NCBI GenBank assembly: GCA_024704765.1
Contig: JAKMXF010000166.1
Span: 62,001-126,000, forward strand
Length of the DNA: 64,000 bases
Direction of reading: 5' to 3'
DNA from: Oopsacas minuta
Lineage: Eukaryota; Animalia; Porifera
Part shown: positions 11,985 through 24,874 of the stretch, piece after piece
Layout of the letters: every line of letters starts with the position of its first letter
How positions within the stretch are numbered: the first letter of the stretch is position 1
Notes under the pieces: generated by a model
What the model was told of the DNA's origin: nothing
Database searches by the model: none
The model's input: only the letters and a program-made list of their open reading frames with translations
Program-made: the position numbers and the translations under genes

Positions 11985-13052
11985 ATGAGTGTGAAGTTAG
12001 CCCAGTATTAGACCATGTAACCTCAATTACTAATTTTAGGCACTTGTACACCTCTGATTTAAACGTAATTGGTATCTTTCGATAGAGGAGTGTTGGACGT
12101 TTGAGGCAATATAAATAATTTTCAAATTTTTTACTTTTTAACTCACTTTTTTTAGTCATAGTGAGTATGTATGCAACTTCATTCGTAATGTCTAACATAA
12201 AGTAGGGTTAGTTCAAACTGTTGTTTATTAACCTTTACTATGCCGAATCTAAAATATTTTTATGCTAATCGATAGTTGAGATGTGAAAGTTTCTAACGAT
12301 ATCGATATTATAGTGAAATACCAAAAAATTTGCACCCACAACTGCATTTAAATGTCATTAAATTCACAGTTTTTTGTGTATTACGAACTCCAACTTTGAA
12401 GTCAATTCTCGAAAATATACCACCAGAATCGCCTCAAACTTTACAGATATCTTCCATTGTATTCTACAATTCAATTCCTTAATTAAATCCGGGGATCGCA
12501 AGTAGTTTTTACGACTTTTTAATCTTTTTGAAAGTATCTATTATTTCTCAATTTCATTTGTCTTTACTGCTAAAATAGACTATCGTTTTATCCTGTAACC
12601 CTTCACATCTCAACTATCGATTAGCATAAAAAGATTTTAGATTCAGCATAGTAAAGGTTAAGAAACAACAGTTTGAACTGACCCTACTTTATGTATAATC
12701 TAATCCATCCCCCTCAACTCTCTCTTCCAACTTCAATTTTGAAATCTTATAGCTCAGCGAGTTGTAGGAATTTTGGAATGAAATTTAATTACATAAACGT
12801 CCATATCTCCTCAATATAGAAAAGGAATTTCAGAATGAAATTCGATATTTTAGACCGTAATTTCGAATAAAGTTGTATACATACTCACTATGACTATAAA
12901 AAGTAAAAAATTTGAAAATAATTTATAATGCCTAAATCGTCCAACACTCCTCTATCGAATGATGCTAATTGCGTTTAAATCAGAGGTGTACAAGTGAGTA
13001 AAATTAACAATTGAAGTTTACATGGTCGAATACTAGCCTAACTTCACCCATT
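11985..13052. repeat. Nested inverted-repeat (foldback) non-autonomous element
   Basis: ~11990-12185 pairs with ~12862-13048, and ~12196-12290 pairs with ~12598-12692. The inner part is bounded by TTAA|CCTTTACTATG..CATAGTAAAGG|TTAA (12232-12657). A related sequence lies at ~45800-46230. Confidence 0.7.
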
Positions 13053-15740
13053 TGTTGCGCATTTTCAAAAGATAGCTATCAGCAATATACTCTGTTTATA
13101 TTACATCCTTATCGATTTAATATTGGGGAAAAGAGTATGTATTAGATATATTCAGTTTTAGAATATATTACTTAAATTATTTGCCTGGTGTTACAGAAAT
13201 TGTAACATTAGCTATATATAGTCATCTAATGTGTGTATTAGAATTTGATATATCATATATATATATCTATTCCATGTAACAGTACATCTGTAAAGTAAAG
13301 ATCTTTATTTGCATGACTAGCGTTATTATTTAACCAACGCCCCATACGCATACATTATTATGCAACCATGAAGTATAATATTTTTGAAAACAAGTTATGC
13401 AAGATACAACAAGCAACTTTCGCTGATATAATACATGAACCAAAAGTTCCATTGGCTACTGAAGTGGGATTATGAAAAATACTAGATTATTTCTCTAGGA
13501 TGAAACCTAGACGATAGCAGTTTAAACATGTCATAAAGTAGTTTGCATTTTTATATTTATCTGACATGTGTGATGATGTTAATAACCCTAAATAAAAATT
13601 CGTTTACTGAGATCGCATTTTGGGACAATTCAGATGATACAGTATTTATTTGGTTTTAGGATTGACGCCATTTTCTAGTACTCGGCCCCTGGCTGCGCCA
13701 CTGGTCTGATTAAGAGTGGAGTAAATATATATGAGGTTTAACATTTGTACCGCATGTAAAATCGTAAATGTTAAAGGGTATTTATAGAGAAAGAAATACA
13801 TGCAGCGGGGGAGAAAATGGGCGACAAAAACAGGATTTGATTGTGGCAAAACTAATTTAATATAGTTTCATCGGTTACCACAAATTTATAAAGTAATTGT
13901 CCTCATTTGGGAATTTGAGGCCCTTTGCCTCGAATTTAGAAAGATTATATCAATGACTAATTGTAAGATAAACAGAAAAATGAATATCAAACAAGTATGA
14001 CCTAACAAAACCCGAGAAGACCAAGCAAATTATATGCATGAAATATACAAATTATAACTTACATAAATGTCTCGAATAGCTGAGCCCAAACGTAAAACAA
14101 TATAAATACTGGCTATTCAACTTGTATCGGTATGATAAATTACGAAAGAAGCTCATTAAATAAGGATATTCATTAAACTGTGACCAACGTAGATCACCGT
14201 TAAACAAATTTTCGTAACCAAAAGGGATTTTACTGATTGTGATAACGGGTATAAATAAATAATCTTGTAATAGTTTATTGGACAATGGAATCCCGTAACA
14301 GCCTCTTGGTTCTACCAACATTAGTTACATCTTCCTTCGTAGAATTGGCGCCCTTGTAGAACTCGTTCCCCCAATTTATTCAAGAATCATGATGAAGCAG
14401 TATCTTTTGATATTGACCATGACTTTCTTCTACTTATATGTTTCCCCCGTCTACATTCTTTAGTGAGGCCCTAAATAGTAATAATGTTTGACAAAATGGC
14501 CGCTACAAAATAGAGACCACCGATATACTTATTTGATATTTAAACATGGATGCTCGATTCCGTTTATGTTGTATAATTATCCTCCCTCCTTATATTCCGC
14601 ATTAATTGTAAGTACATGACGTCATATATAGTAAAACTCGGATATAACTTACCAGAAATTTGTCCTTAGTGCGGTGGCCCAATCTGCTCGTGATCATAAG
14701 TCAGTAAATATACATGTAAACAATAAAATAGATATAAAATGTATCTTACTTTGTCTTTTTCGGAGTGCTTGATATAAAATGGACATATATTTGCACAAGT
14801 GAAATTCTCCATGTGAAGTTGCAACTGGTCAAATAACCAACATGAAATCCTCAGTTCAGCACGACACAAACACGATTCGCGTTCATGTCGTGTCGTGTTC
14901 GATTAGTGATCACTCACCTTTTGTAAAGTGGGAAAATAATTTTGCATTTTGCATGAATAATCAGTGTAGGTATATTCATTTCATGAAATTATAAATGTAG
15001 TTTTCAGGTCGCTCATCAAATTAGCTCTAAGCTTCACTCTAGGTGTTGTAGGACATTTGAATTGTTAACTGGCTTAAGGTTATAATTAGATTATGCGCAA
15101 TTACATACAATAAATTCAATTTGGAATAGGGAGGCGGTCGCCGATAAACTATTTGATAAGTAGGTTCAATACTGCAGAAATGAAGCACATCTTCCCAAAA
15201 AATGTATCGCATTTAGAATAACAAATTATCAGACAAATTATATAAAGAAAACACCAGCCAACAGACTGGAAGTGCCAGGGCTGGTTCATACTTGATTACC
15301 CTAACTACCATTTTTTGAATAATAAGTAAAAAGGTGTAAATATTAACCATATGATAAATTTGTGAATCTCTGAGATCTCCAATTCGGACTCTACGCACTC
15401 AATTACCCCTGAGAACATTTCAGACCTAATCTTTGTCATGCTTTAGATTTTTAGAATTGTAAATAGGAAGGTGCGAAAATTTCAATTTAAATAATTTCAT
15501 TCAGAGGTGCAAATTCTCCTACCGCAATTGTATATGTTTATGAATTTGGGATAAATCTTTATAAGAGCAGCAATAAAAATCTCAAATTACAAAATTTCAC
15601 TATCCCATTTCTTGAAATTAGAGGTATCTTATTATATGATTTTCCAACTAGCCCACGAGTGAATTTCCCGATAATTTCATTAAGCATAGATTTCCTACAA
15701 TTTCTACTCTTCAACAAAATGTGTACAATGTACATATATA

Positions 15741-16140
15741 CAGAGCATTAGCACTCCTCATTTTTTGGAGCTCGCTCCGCGCTCCCACCTCCGCTTCATA
15801 CTCAGAAAAGGAGCGCACTCCGGCTCCCACTCCAGGACAAAAGGAGCATGCTTCAATCGCGCTCCTTTTAATTCTTTAAGATTTCCATTAGATATGTATT
15901 AATAAATGTGCAACGTCAAATCATTTCATTAAATTATGAATTTTACAAAAGTATCCCAGCATCCACTTTTTATAGCAAGAATACTGAATTTTATGCAGAA
16001 TATCGATGAAATTTGTAAATTGTTTGCAACTAAATAAGAGCGCGCTCTAGTGCGTGCACTCCTTCAAAAATGGAGCACCGCTCCACTTTCCGCTCTTAAA
16101 TCAGAAATGGAACGCGCTCCATGTCCGCTCCTTGAAAGCT
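15741..16140. mobile_element. Probable hAT-type MITE with GGAGC/GCTCC subterminal repeats
   Basis: Starts CAGAGC and has clusters of GCTCC/GGAGC motifs at both ends of an AT-rich core. The right end is eroded. Confidence 0.45.
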
Positions 16141-16422
16141 ATTTGTTTGAATTAAGACACACCAGACAAGTAGATAGGTATGATTATTGAGAAATTAACT
16201 TGTTTACTAAAGTCACAACTTCCTTCACAAGGGGGCATGCAATATATAATTACCCGGCTATTATTCGAGGTAATATGGCATGTAACTTAATGTTATTAAT
16301 GACTAGCGCGCTTCGCTTGCTAGGTGGCTGTGCGGGAGCTTGGTGCTCCAGTTAACTTAAGTATTATACAGCTAAATTTTATAGTACTATTAGTTTCTAC
16401 ACGACAGAATATACTCGGCACT

Positions 16423-16577
16423 CATAGGGGTAGCTAGCGTTTCCTCTTTAGGGTTGCCACTGTGGTTGCTAGCAACCCCAATGACATAGAGATTGCGTGT
16501 ACACCCAGTAATCCGGGTTTGCTGACAGTAGCTCCGGGGTTGCCAGCAACCTAGGCAACCCCTTAGCTACGCCTATG
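16423..16577. mobile_element. MITE with CATAGG termini, 155 bp
   Basis: TIR CATAGG(G/C)GTAGCTA; flanks TCGGCACT and TCGGACT(T), read as a degenerate TSD. Confidence 0.75.
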
Positions 16578-18275
16578 TCGGACTTCTTGCCTCGAATTCA
16601 CAGAAAGATGTTATCATCATTTATCAATGGTCTATCCAAATAACGTTCAATGGCCTTATATTGTGACACTGGAGATGCTTCGTCGCTTTTAGTTAATAAT
16701 CCCGCACCTCGTACTCGGCTATTAAGAAATTGTGAAATTTTTCGAAATTTGGAAAATATTGATCTATTTGTACAGTCATGATGACGTAATAATCCCATGA
16801 TGAGTTAGTTTTTGGTAAGAATCATGAGTTAGGACATTTCTCACATTGACGGGTACCTGTGATTCATATATCAAACTCCTATCATGTATATTGGCTGAGC
16901 AGTGGTTAATAATGTGATTTTTCGAAAACCCAAAATGGTGATAATGACATCATAAGTGTTTCGTCCAACTCGATTTTGCCAAAGTAAGGCCCAAAATGCC
17001 CCTGTATGGCAAAAATCATTAAGTTACGTTGTAAGACTATAGCCATTCGTTTATGATTTCAAGGGCCGCATCCATAAAATTTCTATATGCGCTTGGTCGT
17101 ACGCTACTGGATTACTTAGCATTAAGTGGCTCGAGGTTAATAATTACGGAAATTGTAATTTGTTATCTATGGTCCATCCAAATAATATTTAATAGCCTAG
17201 TGTGGTAATACTCGAGCTGCTACGTGACTTTAATTTAGTAATCTGGGCACTTCATTATGAATTTCTCAAAATATAGAAATTCATTTTGGTAGAGTCGTAT
17301 GAAGTAATAATTCCATGATGACTTTGCATTTTGGATTTGGCAAAAGTGATTACTTCAGGACATTTGGCATATTGAGGGGTACCTGTGATTCAAATTATAC
17401 CATCTAACAAATATCTATATTGGTTGTGAGTGGATAATGTGATTTTTAAAAATTCCAAAAGTTGAAAACTACTTCACAATTTCGTCATAAGTGTGATTTT
17501 TGTCCAAGAATCAAACTTGAACGAACCAGGCTCAAAATACTCCTGTATGCCAAAAGTAAGCCCTGGGGTCTTCCTGTTTCTTCAAACAATTTTGGCGAAC
17601 ATATATACTCATAGATTAATTTCGTTTAAATAATATAGATTCTTATATATATAATTTACGTATGCAGATAAGTATATATCAATAATCTGAACGCTCATCG
17701 CCCGTTAGACAAAATATTATTAATACTATTATATTTATAATCCAGTATACATATGTCGACAAGAACTAGTATATTTTAGAGCCTACTCCTCAAACAAATA
17801 GTGACATTCCAAAACTGAAAAGTGAATGGAAAATGTGTCGACCACGGGAAAAATTTGGATCTAATTCACGTATATCCTAATTATTCGAAGTGGCATTAAA
17901 CATAAGTAAAACTTCAAAATTGAATGGGTAATAATTTTTGATTATACGAAATCTTCATGAGAAATGTAATGAATTGTCTGGTTCTGATAGTTATGTCGCT
18001 ATATTTTGTATGCTAGGGACTATCAGCCTATTAAGACTTTACAGACTCTACCTGATAAGTGATAACTGAATGGTAGGTGAAATACAAATGTAATGTTGAT
18101 GTCTGAATTATCTCGGATGAAAATTTGTTAATAGAATTCTTTATAAACTTTCCAATAAATAACAAATTTTTTGTTGCAATATATAAAGGTTGAATATCGA
18201 TAGGAAATGGTATAATGCCATGATATAATTCTCTAGTATGCATCAGTGCATGCATATTTCTACTATATTACCTAT

Positions 18276-21200
18276 TAGGCCGGATCGAGAAAAAGTATAA
18301 ATCGTCGGTTCAACTTCTACCTAAGGGAAAAGTTGCCTTTACCATTTTCTAGGAAAATGCGAGACTTAAATTTGAAAAATATTTCGATTTGACCCTTGCG
18401 GTTTTATATTTTTGCTGTCTCACTTTCGCAAAATTGATTTTATATTGTCCGAATTTTCAAATTCCTTTGACTTAGCCCCTTTATATATATTATTTGGTAA
18501 TAGTAAGTCGCATATTTGCTATTGAATGGTATATTAATCGAATTTCTATGTCCAAGGATACTCAAGTTATCAAGATTTCTTTTGCATATTCTATCATACC
18601 CTAATATTATTACCCACCCCCTTTTTTTTCCGATTATTTGAAAATTATTAGCTTTTGTATCTATCGTGGTATATGATTCAATTATGTTATATCAAGTATA
18701 TTTAACATGCATAATCTTTCTTTGACTCAAATGCGGGCATTTTTTCTCTTGATGTTAGGGTTGAAAGAATTAATCCATGTCTCGCATCTTCTCCTGTTAC
18801 TGAACACGAACTTTTAGTGACTAATTGAATAGTTCTTTCAACAGCTTGTGTATGACATGGATATGCTGGAATTTCTAGTGGAGTACGTACACAATTAATT
18901 AGTACTTCTTTTGAGAGGTATCTTGTAAAAGGCGGTTCTGTGATAAAAGAGGTTTCCCAATCAATCATATCCACATATGTTTCAGCAGTGAACCTAATTG
19001 AAGGAAGATTAAATGGGCGAATTTCAATCGGTCTAAATGATGAACTGTTAATTCGGATATCTAAAATAGTCTTCACTGCCTTTTGTCTAATTTGTTCATC
19101 ATTATCTGCAAGCATCGATAACAGGAGATTTTCTGGATGACAAAAATATGAGTTTCTCTGTATCACATCGCAAATTACTTCTTGGTCAGACTCGGTAGAT
19201 CTCGTAGCAAAGATATCGCAAAAACATATTTTTAGGTCCATCTGTGCAAATCGGGTTACTCTTGATTCTAAACCAAACTGGTGCATAATAATTGACAATA
19301 AAATTGACAAGTCGGGATAATTCAGGTGTGGGATGTATCGTAGAAATGTACGACCTAAGTAATCTGTTGGCCAGTGTTGTCCATCTAGCATGATGTATAG
19401 GACCAGGTTGCATCGATGCCAGTTCAGATGAGCAAATACCAGTCTGAACTGCATGGCAGATATTATATAGATATTTCTGATCTTTATTTAAATTCTTGAG
19501 ACTATCGCAATCAATAAGTTGAGTTTTACCGCATAAAGGATGATACGCTGCAATTGGTTTGCAAGTAAAATCACAATTAAGTTCTTTACCAATTACTCCT
19601 TTAAAAGAATTGGGTCCACTGGTTTTTCCATCTATTATTTGAAAGAGATGCCTCAATGGAAGTTCATTACCATGTAATTGGCAAATAAACCAGTGGAGTG
19701 GTTTTGTGAACTCTAGTTCAAGTAATCTAATACACCCATTGTAGATTCCAGTGTTAACACGAGCTCCATCAGCTCCAACCGCCATTAAATTTGAATTACG
19801 CTCCCTGCAAAGATCAGTTAATTCCTTTGCTATATCTTTGGCTTTACCAGAACTTGGTGTTATATGGGCAACATACTGATTCCCCGGTTCAGATAAGACA
19901 GTATAATGTTCTTCATTTGCAGTATCCTGATGCAAATGTCCATCTTCTCTTTCTACCAGTACTCGAGTTTGATCTTTACGGCCATCAAAATATATTGCAG
20001 ATATATCATTGATAGTTTCGTGAGCCTCATTAGCCAATTCCTTTCTCACAGAGAATCTAGATCTACGGAGTTTGTTTCTATCAATAATTTGACTATCTTC
20101 TTCCGGTGTGATAATACCGTAATCCTGCAGTACTGCGTTAGCTATAGCTGCGCCTGCCCGATCGCTAATTTGATATCTATCACACATTATGGCTAAATTT
20201 CGTAATTGATTATGATTACGTGTATACTTGTGAGTATTAGATGTACTCGAGTCAAAAGATTCAAACTCTTCAAAGTCACATTCTATAAATTCTTGCGAAG
20301 GTTGAACTGCATGTAATCTCTTCATTTCCCTTTCTTCTCTTTCATATTGTGCCTCTTTTCTTTTTTGTTTAACAAAATTTTTAGAGGTTGTCATGCAATC
20401 CAAGCTGGATATAAATAATTTTCGAGCGTTTCGCTGATCAAAGAGAAATGGCCACTCACGGCGTGGTATCTTTTTATCGAGAGAGCAAAAACATTTACCT
20501 TCCTGAATTAGGCATTTGCAACTTGAGACATCGAACAAGACATTGAGTTCGGAAATAATAGGCTGTATACGGTCAGGTTGTTGCTTGTTTTGGATACTTT
20601 TTCCGTAGTATTTAGCTCTCTCAATAATATCAGAATTGATGTACTGTTTTATTTTGAGCTCTGATATAGTGGGTATGGAAGCCAAATTATAGATACGCAC
20701 TAATACTTCAGTTAGTTCTTTCGCTATATCATCTCTAGTTGATTTAGAATCTTCATTTCTAAGCATTCTATAATGATTGTATAGATCTAGTTTTGTTGGA
20801 AGTTGATTTTCTGGAATGGGTCCTGGATAGCCAAAAATAGGATGAAATACTTTACTACGCGTGTTTTCTGCCATTTCAAAAATAAATATATTTTAGGAAT
20901 ATAATCACTCAATAATATGAATGATTTGATCGAGCATTGATATAGATACTATAATTGACCATAAATTCCATGCTAGATAAATGGTAACTAGGTTAGAACA
21001 AGAGATAAGGAATGTTGGTAAAATTTCTTTGTGGTAACCTATTGAGGAATTTGGATCTAGATAAAGAAATATACTAAGTTTGGTGATTATATAAAAATTT
21101 TACTAAGAATATAGAATTTTCAAATAATCGGAAAAAAAGGGGGGTGGGTAATAATATTAGGGTATGATAGAATATGCAAAAGAAATCTTGATAACTTGAG

Positions 21201-21484
21201 TATCCTTGGACATAGAAATTCGATTAATATACCATTCAATAGCAAATATGCGACTTACTATTACCAAATAATATATATAAAGGGGCTAAGTCAAAGGAAT
21301 TTGAAAATTCGGACAATATAAAATCAATTTTGCGAAAGTGAGACAGCAAAAATATAAAACCGCAAGGGTCAAATCGAAATATTTTTCAAATTTAAGTCTC
21401 GCATTTTCCTAGAAAATGGTAAAGGCAACTTTTCCCTTAGGTAGAAGTTGAACCGACGATTTATACTTTTCTCGATCCGGCCTA
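18276..21484 (-). mobile_element. hATm-like DNA transposon with ~370-bp TIRs, 3209 bp
   Basis: Near-identical TIRs at 18276-18646 and 21115-21484 with TAGG..CCTA termini; perfect 8-bp TSD TTACCTAT at 18268-18275 and 21485-21492. Confidence 0.95.
18702..20874 (-). pseudogene. hATm-type transposase with a frameshift near 19190-19240
   Basis: ORF 19186-20874 has YFDGRKD, ADGARVNTG, WFICQLHGNELPLRH and PGPIHHARW. ORF 18702-19454 has QRNSYFCHPENLLLSML and PCHTQAVER. Together they form one ~720-aa transposase. Confidence 0.9.
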
Positions 21485-21493
21485 TTACCTATA

Positions 21494-21700
21494 TCAGTAT
21501 TTGAGAGCTCTTCTCCAATGTTCCAATAAAAGCTCTGTTAGAACAGAAAATATATACACATCAAGGTCAGGGAACGTAGGAATCTTCCATACGAAGCCAG
21601 AAGAATCATATGCCAGCTCATGGATGTGGTAGAGCATATCTTGAGAGATTCGTGCCCGGTTAGGGTGCATATATCGTAGATTACGGATGGATATTTTCAA
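21494..21700 (-). pseudogene. MULE-like transposase fragment abutting the hATm element
   Basis: DMLYHIHELAYDSSGFVWKIPTFPDL resembles the region upstream of the catalytic YDTTF motif in invertebrate MULE-like proteins. This is recognition from memory; the catalytic part is absent. Confidence 0.45.
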
Positions 21701-22289
21701 TTTTTAATTCAAAAACATCACTTACTCATAGGCGAATAACAACAGCGATTAACCAACCCCAGCCCGACTGTTCTATTTATTATAGTTAATATTAGGATAA
21801 TATATATGTAGTTTAATTTGATGGATGTATCTGAATATACAGCAAATTCTGAAAAACGAGTCGTACTCAGATTGAATTGATGTTTTGTGAGAGCCTCATA
21901 GAATAAACTCACTAGCCACAGTTTGAAGACCCCTGAAAAATATATAAAATTGTAAATATATTTCTGTAATTTGAGATTTTATATCATAATTACTCGCGTA
22001 TACGAAATTTTGACTTTCAGAGGATATTATTTGTAGAATCTTAGAATTTGAATAAGTTTTGATTAAGATAAATTGATAGTTAAATAGTGAAAGGCTGAAA
22101 CATCATAAGGAATTTTAAATCCAGGACAAATTATCGATATTTATTATTTTCGGTCAAACATTTAGATCTCACTGATAGATTAGGCGAACTTCGAAATGAA
22201 GTGATTAATTTCCAGATGTCAGATGAAGCAGACACATGGCAATAGGAGAGTATCGACACTTTTCCCGATTGAATGCACTGGATCTATAG

Positions 22290-22412
22290 CATTGGTTCTC
22301 AACCTTTTTTCTTCGCGGACCTCTTTGGTCCATTTTATGGGGTCCGCGGACCCCTGTCAATAAACACAGCGAAAATATTTTAGGGCTGCGGACCCCAGGT
22401 TGAGAACCACCG
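22290..22412. mobile_element. hAT (Charlie-like) MITE, 123 bp
   Basis: Degenerate TIR CATTGGTTCTCAACC / GGTTGAGAACCACCG; perfect 8-bp TSD ATCTATAG. Confidence 0.9.
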
Positions 22413-22979
22413 ATCTATAGGATAAGAACTGCTACTCACCAAGAGCACTCGTTGCCTTACCAGTGAGCAATGCTGTCACAGTGAACTATGTATTTCAATG
22501 ATTTCTATAATAGATAAAGAAGAGAGGACCCACTTACTTTGAGAAACAATTGCTTATTTACTATCTCTAAAGATTAGCATTGATCATGAATACTCTGCTT
22601 TCGAGCCTCAGGCTAACCTTTTGAAACACAACTGTTATAAAATATAATGAGGATCATGGTAGCCATCAGGCATAATTATCTTACTATAGATTGGTCGTTG
22701 TCTAAATATGAGTCGGCTCCAAATTCACTTCGGCCCGAAAGCTAACTTTTGTGCCCATCCTGCGTTGAAATATTCATTATTTAAAAAAATATGATTAGTG
22801 ACAAATTATTACATGGAGAAATTGGAAAAAATTCGTATAAATCATAGATAAAATCAAAATATCAAAAGTAGATACTAACTTAGACAGTATGCATATATTT
22901 ATTTCTAGATTTTCTTACACACCTGTGCTTATTCCAACCCCCGTTTATTAACTGACTGACGCTTCCATAGATCATAGTA

Positions 22980-23079
22980 CAGTAAACTCTCGTTATAACG
23001 AAGTGCTCGGGACCACGGTTTCATTTCGTTATATACGAAGTTTCGTTGTATTCAACTTGCTTATAACGGGAGTTTACTG
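22980..23079. mobile_element. pogo/Tigger-like MITE, 100 bp
   Basis: TIR CAGTAAACTC(T/C)CGTTATAA; TA TSD on both sides. Confidence 0.9.
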
Positions 23080-23268
23080 TATATTCAAATAATTATGTAC
23101 TTAGGAGATTTTAACCCCCTATATATTCCACCCCCGTTCATTAAATTTCTAAATTTTTCCAGCCCCTGTTATTTAGGGGCCTAGAGTAATTGTAGCTTTG
23201 TGTTTGAAATATTTAGTATGATTTTGTAACTTTTAGCTTAGTACACATCTCTCTGTATTAATTCCGTT

Positions 23269-24127
23269 ATGTCTTCAAGTGATCTTACACATGATAACTG
23301 CGGTAATTTAAATTTACTCAATGATTTTTCTAAACACTATAACTCTGACTTGGCCGTACAACAAGAAATTCTTCATAACTCATCTTCAGTTAATGATGAC
23401 AATTATCATATTGTAACCCCTGAATCCTTTAATATGCATTCGTTGTATGGTGTAATATCTGATAAACATCAACAATTACCTCATCAAACACCGCCCTCAT
23501 CCAATTCTATCAAATCTCAAAGTTTTCAGATCAACAGGGTTTATCCAAAGCCCTTGTTACCTGAATGTGAATCTAATTCAACTTTACCACATTTCTCGTA
23601 TTCAGACTATAATTTCGCTTATGATATACTTTCCAATGCACCACATTTTCCAGCTTCTCGTGTCTTTCAGGCTCTTGGTTCTAATCAATCGACCAACATC
23701 GATAACATATATTCAATTTCAAAGAATTTTCAGCAGGGCAACGACACAAGTAGAGTCCGCGATGAAGTTGCTTATCCGCAAAGAAACTCTATATCTGGCT
23801 TAGATCAAGATCTATGTTTAAATTCTACGATTATCTCTGAGTTGGACAATATCGAAGAGACTACTGCCCAATTTTGGGGTGATCTCCAAAAGAGATGGCA
23901 AGTTCTAGCTAAGAACGATATGGACTCACACCCTTGGCTCGTCCATCGAATCGAGACTGAATGCGAGATGGCTTATCAATTTACAGTTTCAAACGAACAA
24001 GAAAATGATGGCTTAATGGAAAAAGGAATATCTATGTTAAGTCAAGGACAGCTGTCCTCAGCGATCAGTCTTTTTGAATCAGAGTTGCAATTACGGCCTG
24101 ACAACTCGAAAGCATGGCTATATTTAG
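23269..24127 (+). CDS. PEX5: PEX5-like (peroxisomal PTS1 receptor) partial exon; remaining TPR exons not found
   Basis: FWGDLQKRWQVLAKNDMDSHPWL..YQF...GISMLSQGQLSSAISLFESELQLRPDNSKAWLYLG matches the PEX5 pre-TPR linker and TPR1. Donor G|GTGAG at 24127/24128. Confidence 0.7.
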
Positions 24128-24874
24128 GTGAGAATTCTGATCAGTTTTCGAAATATTTGCAATTTTCCTTATTATAGGGATTAATGCTCCATGAAATTCA
24201 CAAAATTTCCTCCAAATCGCGATTATTTCCTGAATAAAGTATACTATATATTTTATTACTGATTTTATGTCTAGTACAGCTAGAATGTGTAGAAAAATTT
24301 CAACCAACATTTTTTACGATATAGAACTCTGGATTTAGTTTTGGAAGAAGCATAGTATACAGTAGCAAACTGTCGTACGTAGTCTCCTTAATTAAGACAT
24401 ACCAGGCTATCGACAGTTTCTGTTGTTGCCTACTTTTCTCCAAAAAGTATTTGCAATTTTTATGCTAATTATATAGGTAGAAATTCGGAAAATATGTACT
24501 TCGTTATTATGTTCTAAATTTAGTTTCCCGAGGGTGTACTAATCAGAGTTATACTCTATTTCATTTAATTAAAAGGATTATTGAAAAGAACCTATTCTAC
24601 TAAAACGCAATTAATCTGTATATTTATATGTATATATAGTTCAGACAATATGTATAGAGCTCAGCTCTATCTACTAGAGCAGACAGTTTTCGCCCTTATT
24701 TGTGGTATGAATAACGAATTCACAGAGAATTTCATGGATCAAGGTATGTTATACTAAATTCAGGTAAATAGTCGAAATGTAGAAGCGTTATAGGAATTCG
24801 AACTCAGGATAACAGGTTATTAGAGTATGATCGTACTAACTACACCATTGAAACGCAATTGTCATCAACTACTA

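Noticed and set aside
12232-12657. Independent piggyBac MITE
   Set aside because: The inverted symmetry extends beyond the TTAA sites, so these are probably not the true ends; reported as part of the larger foldback.
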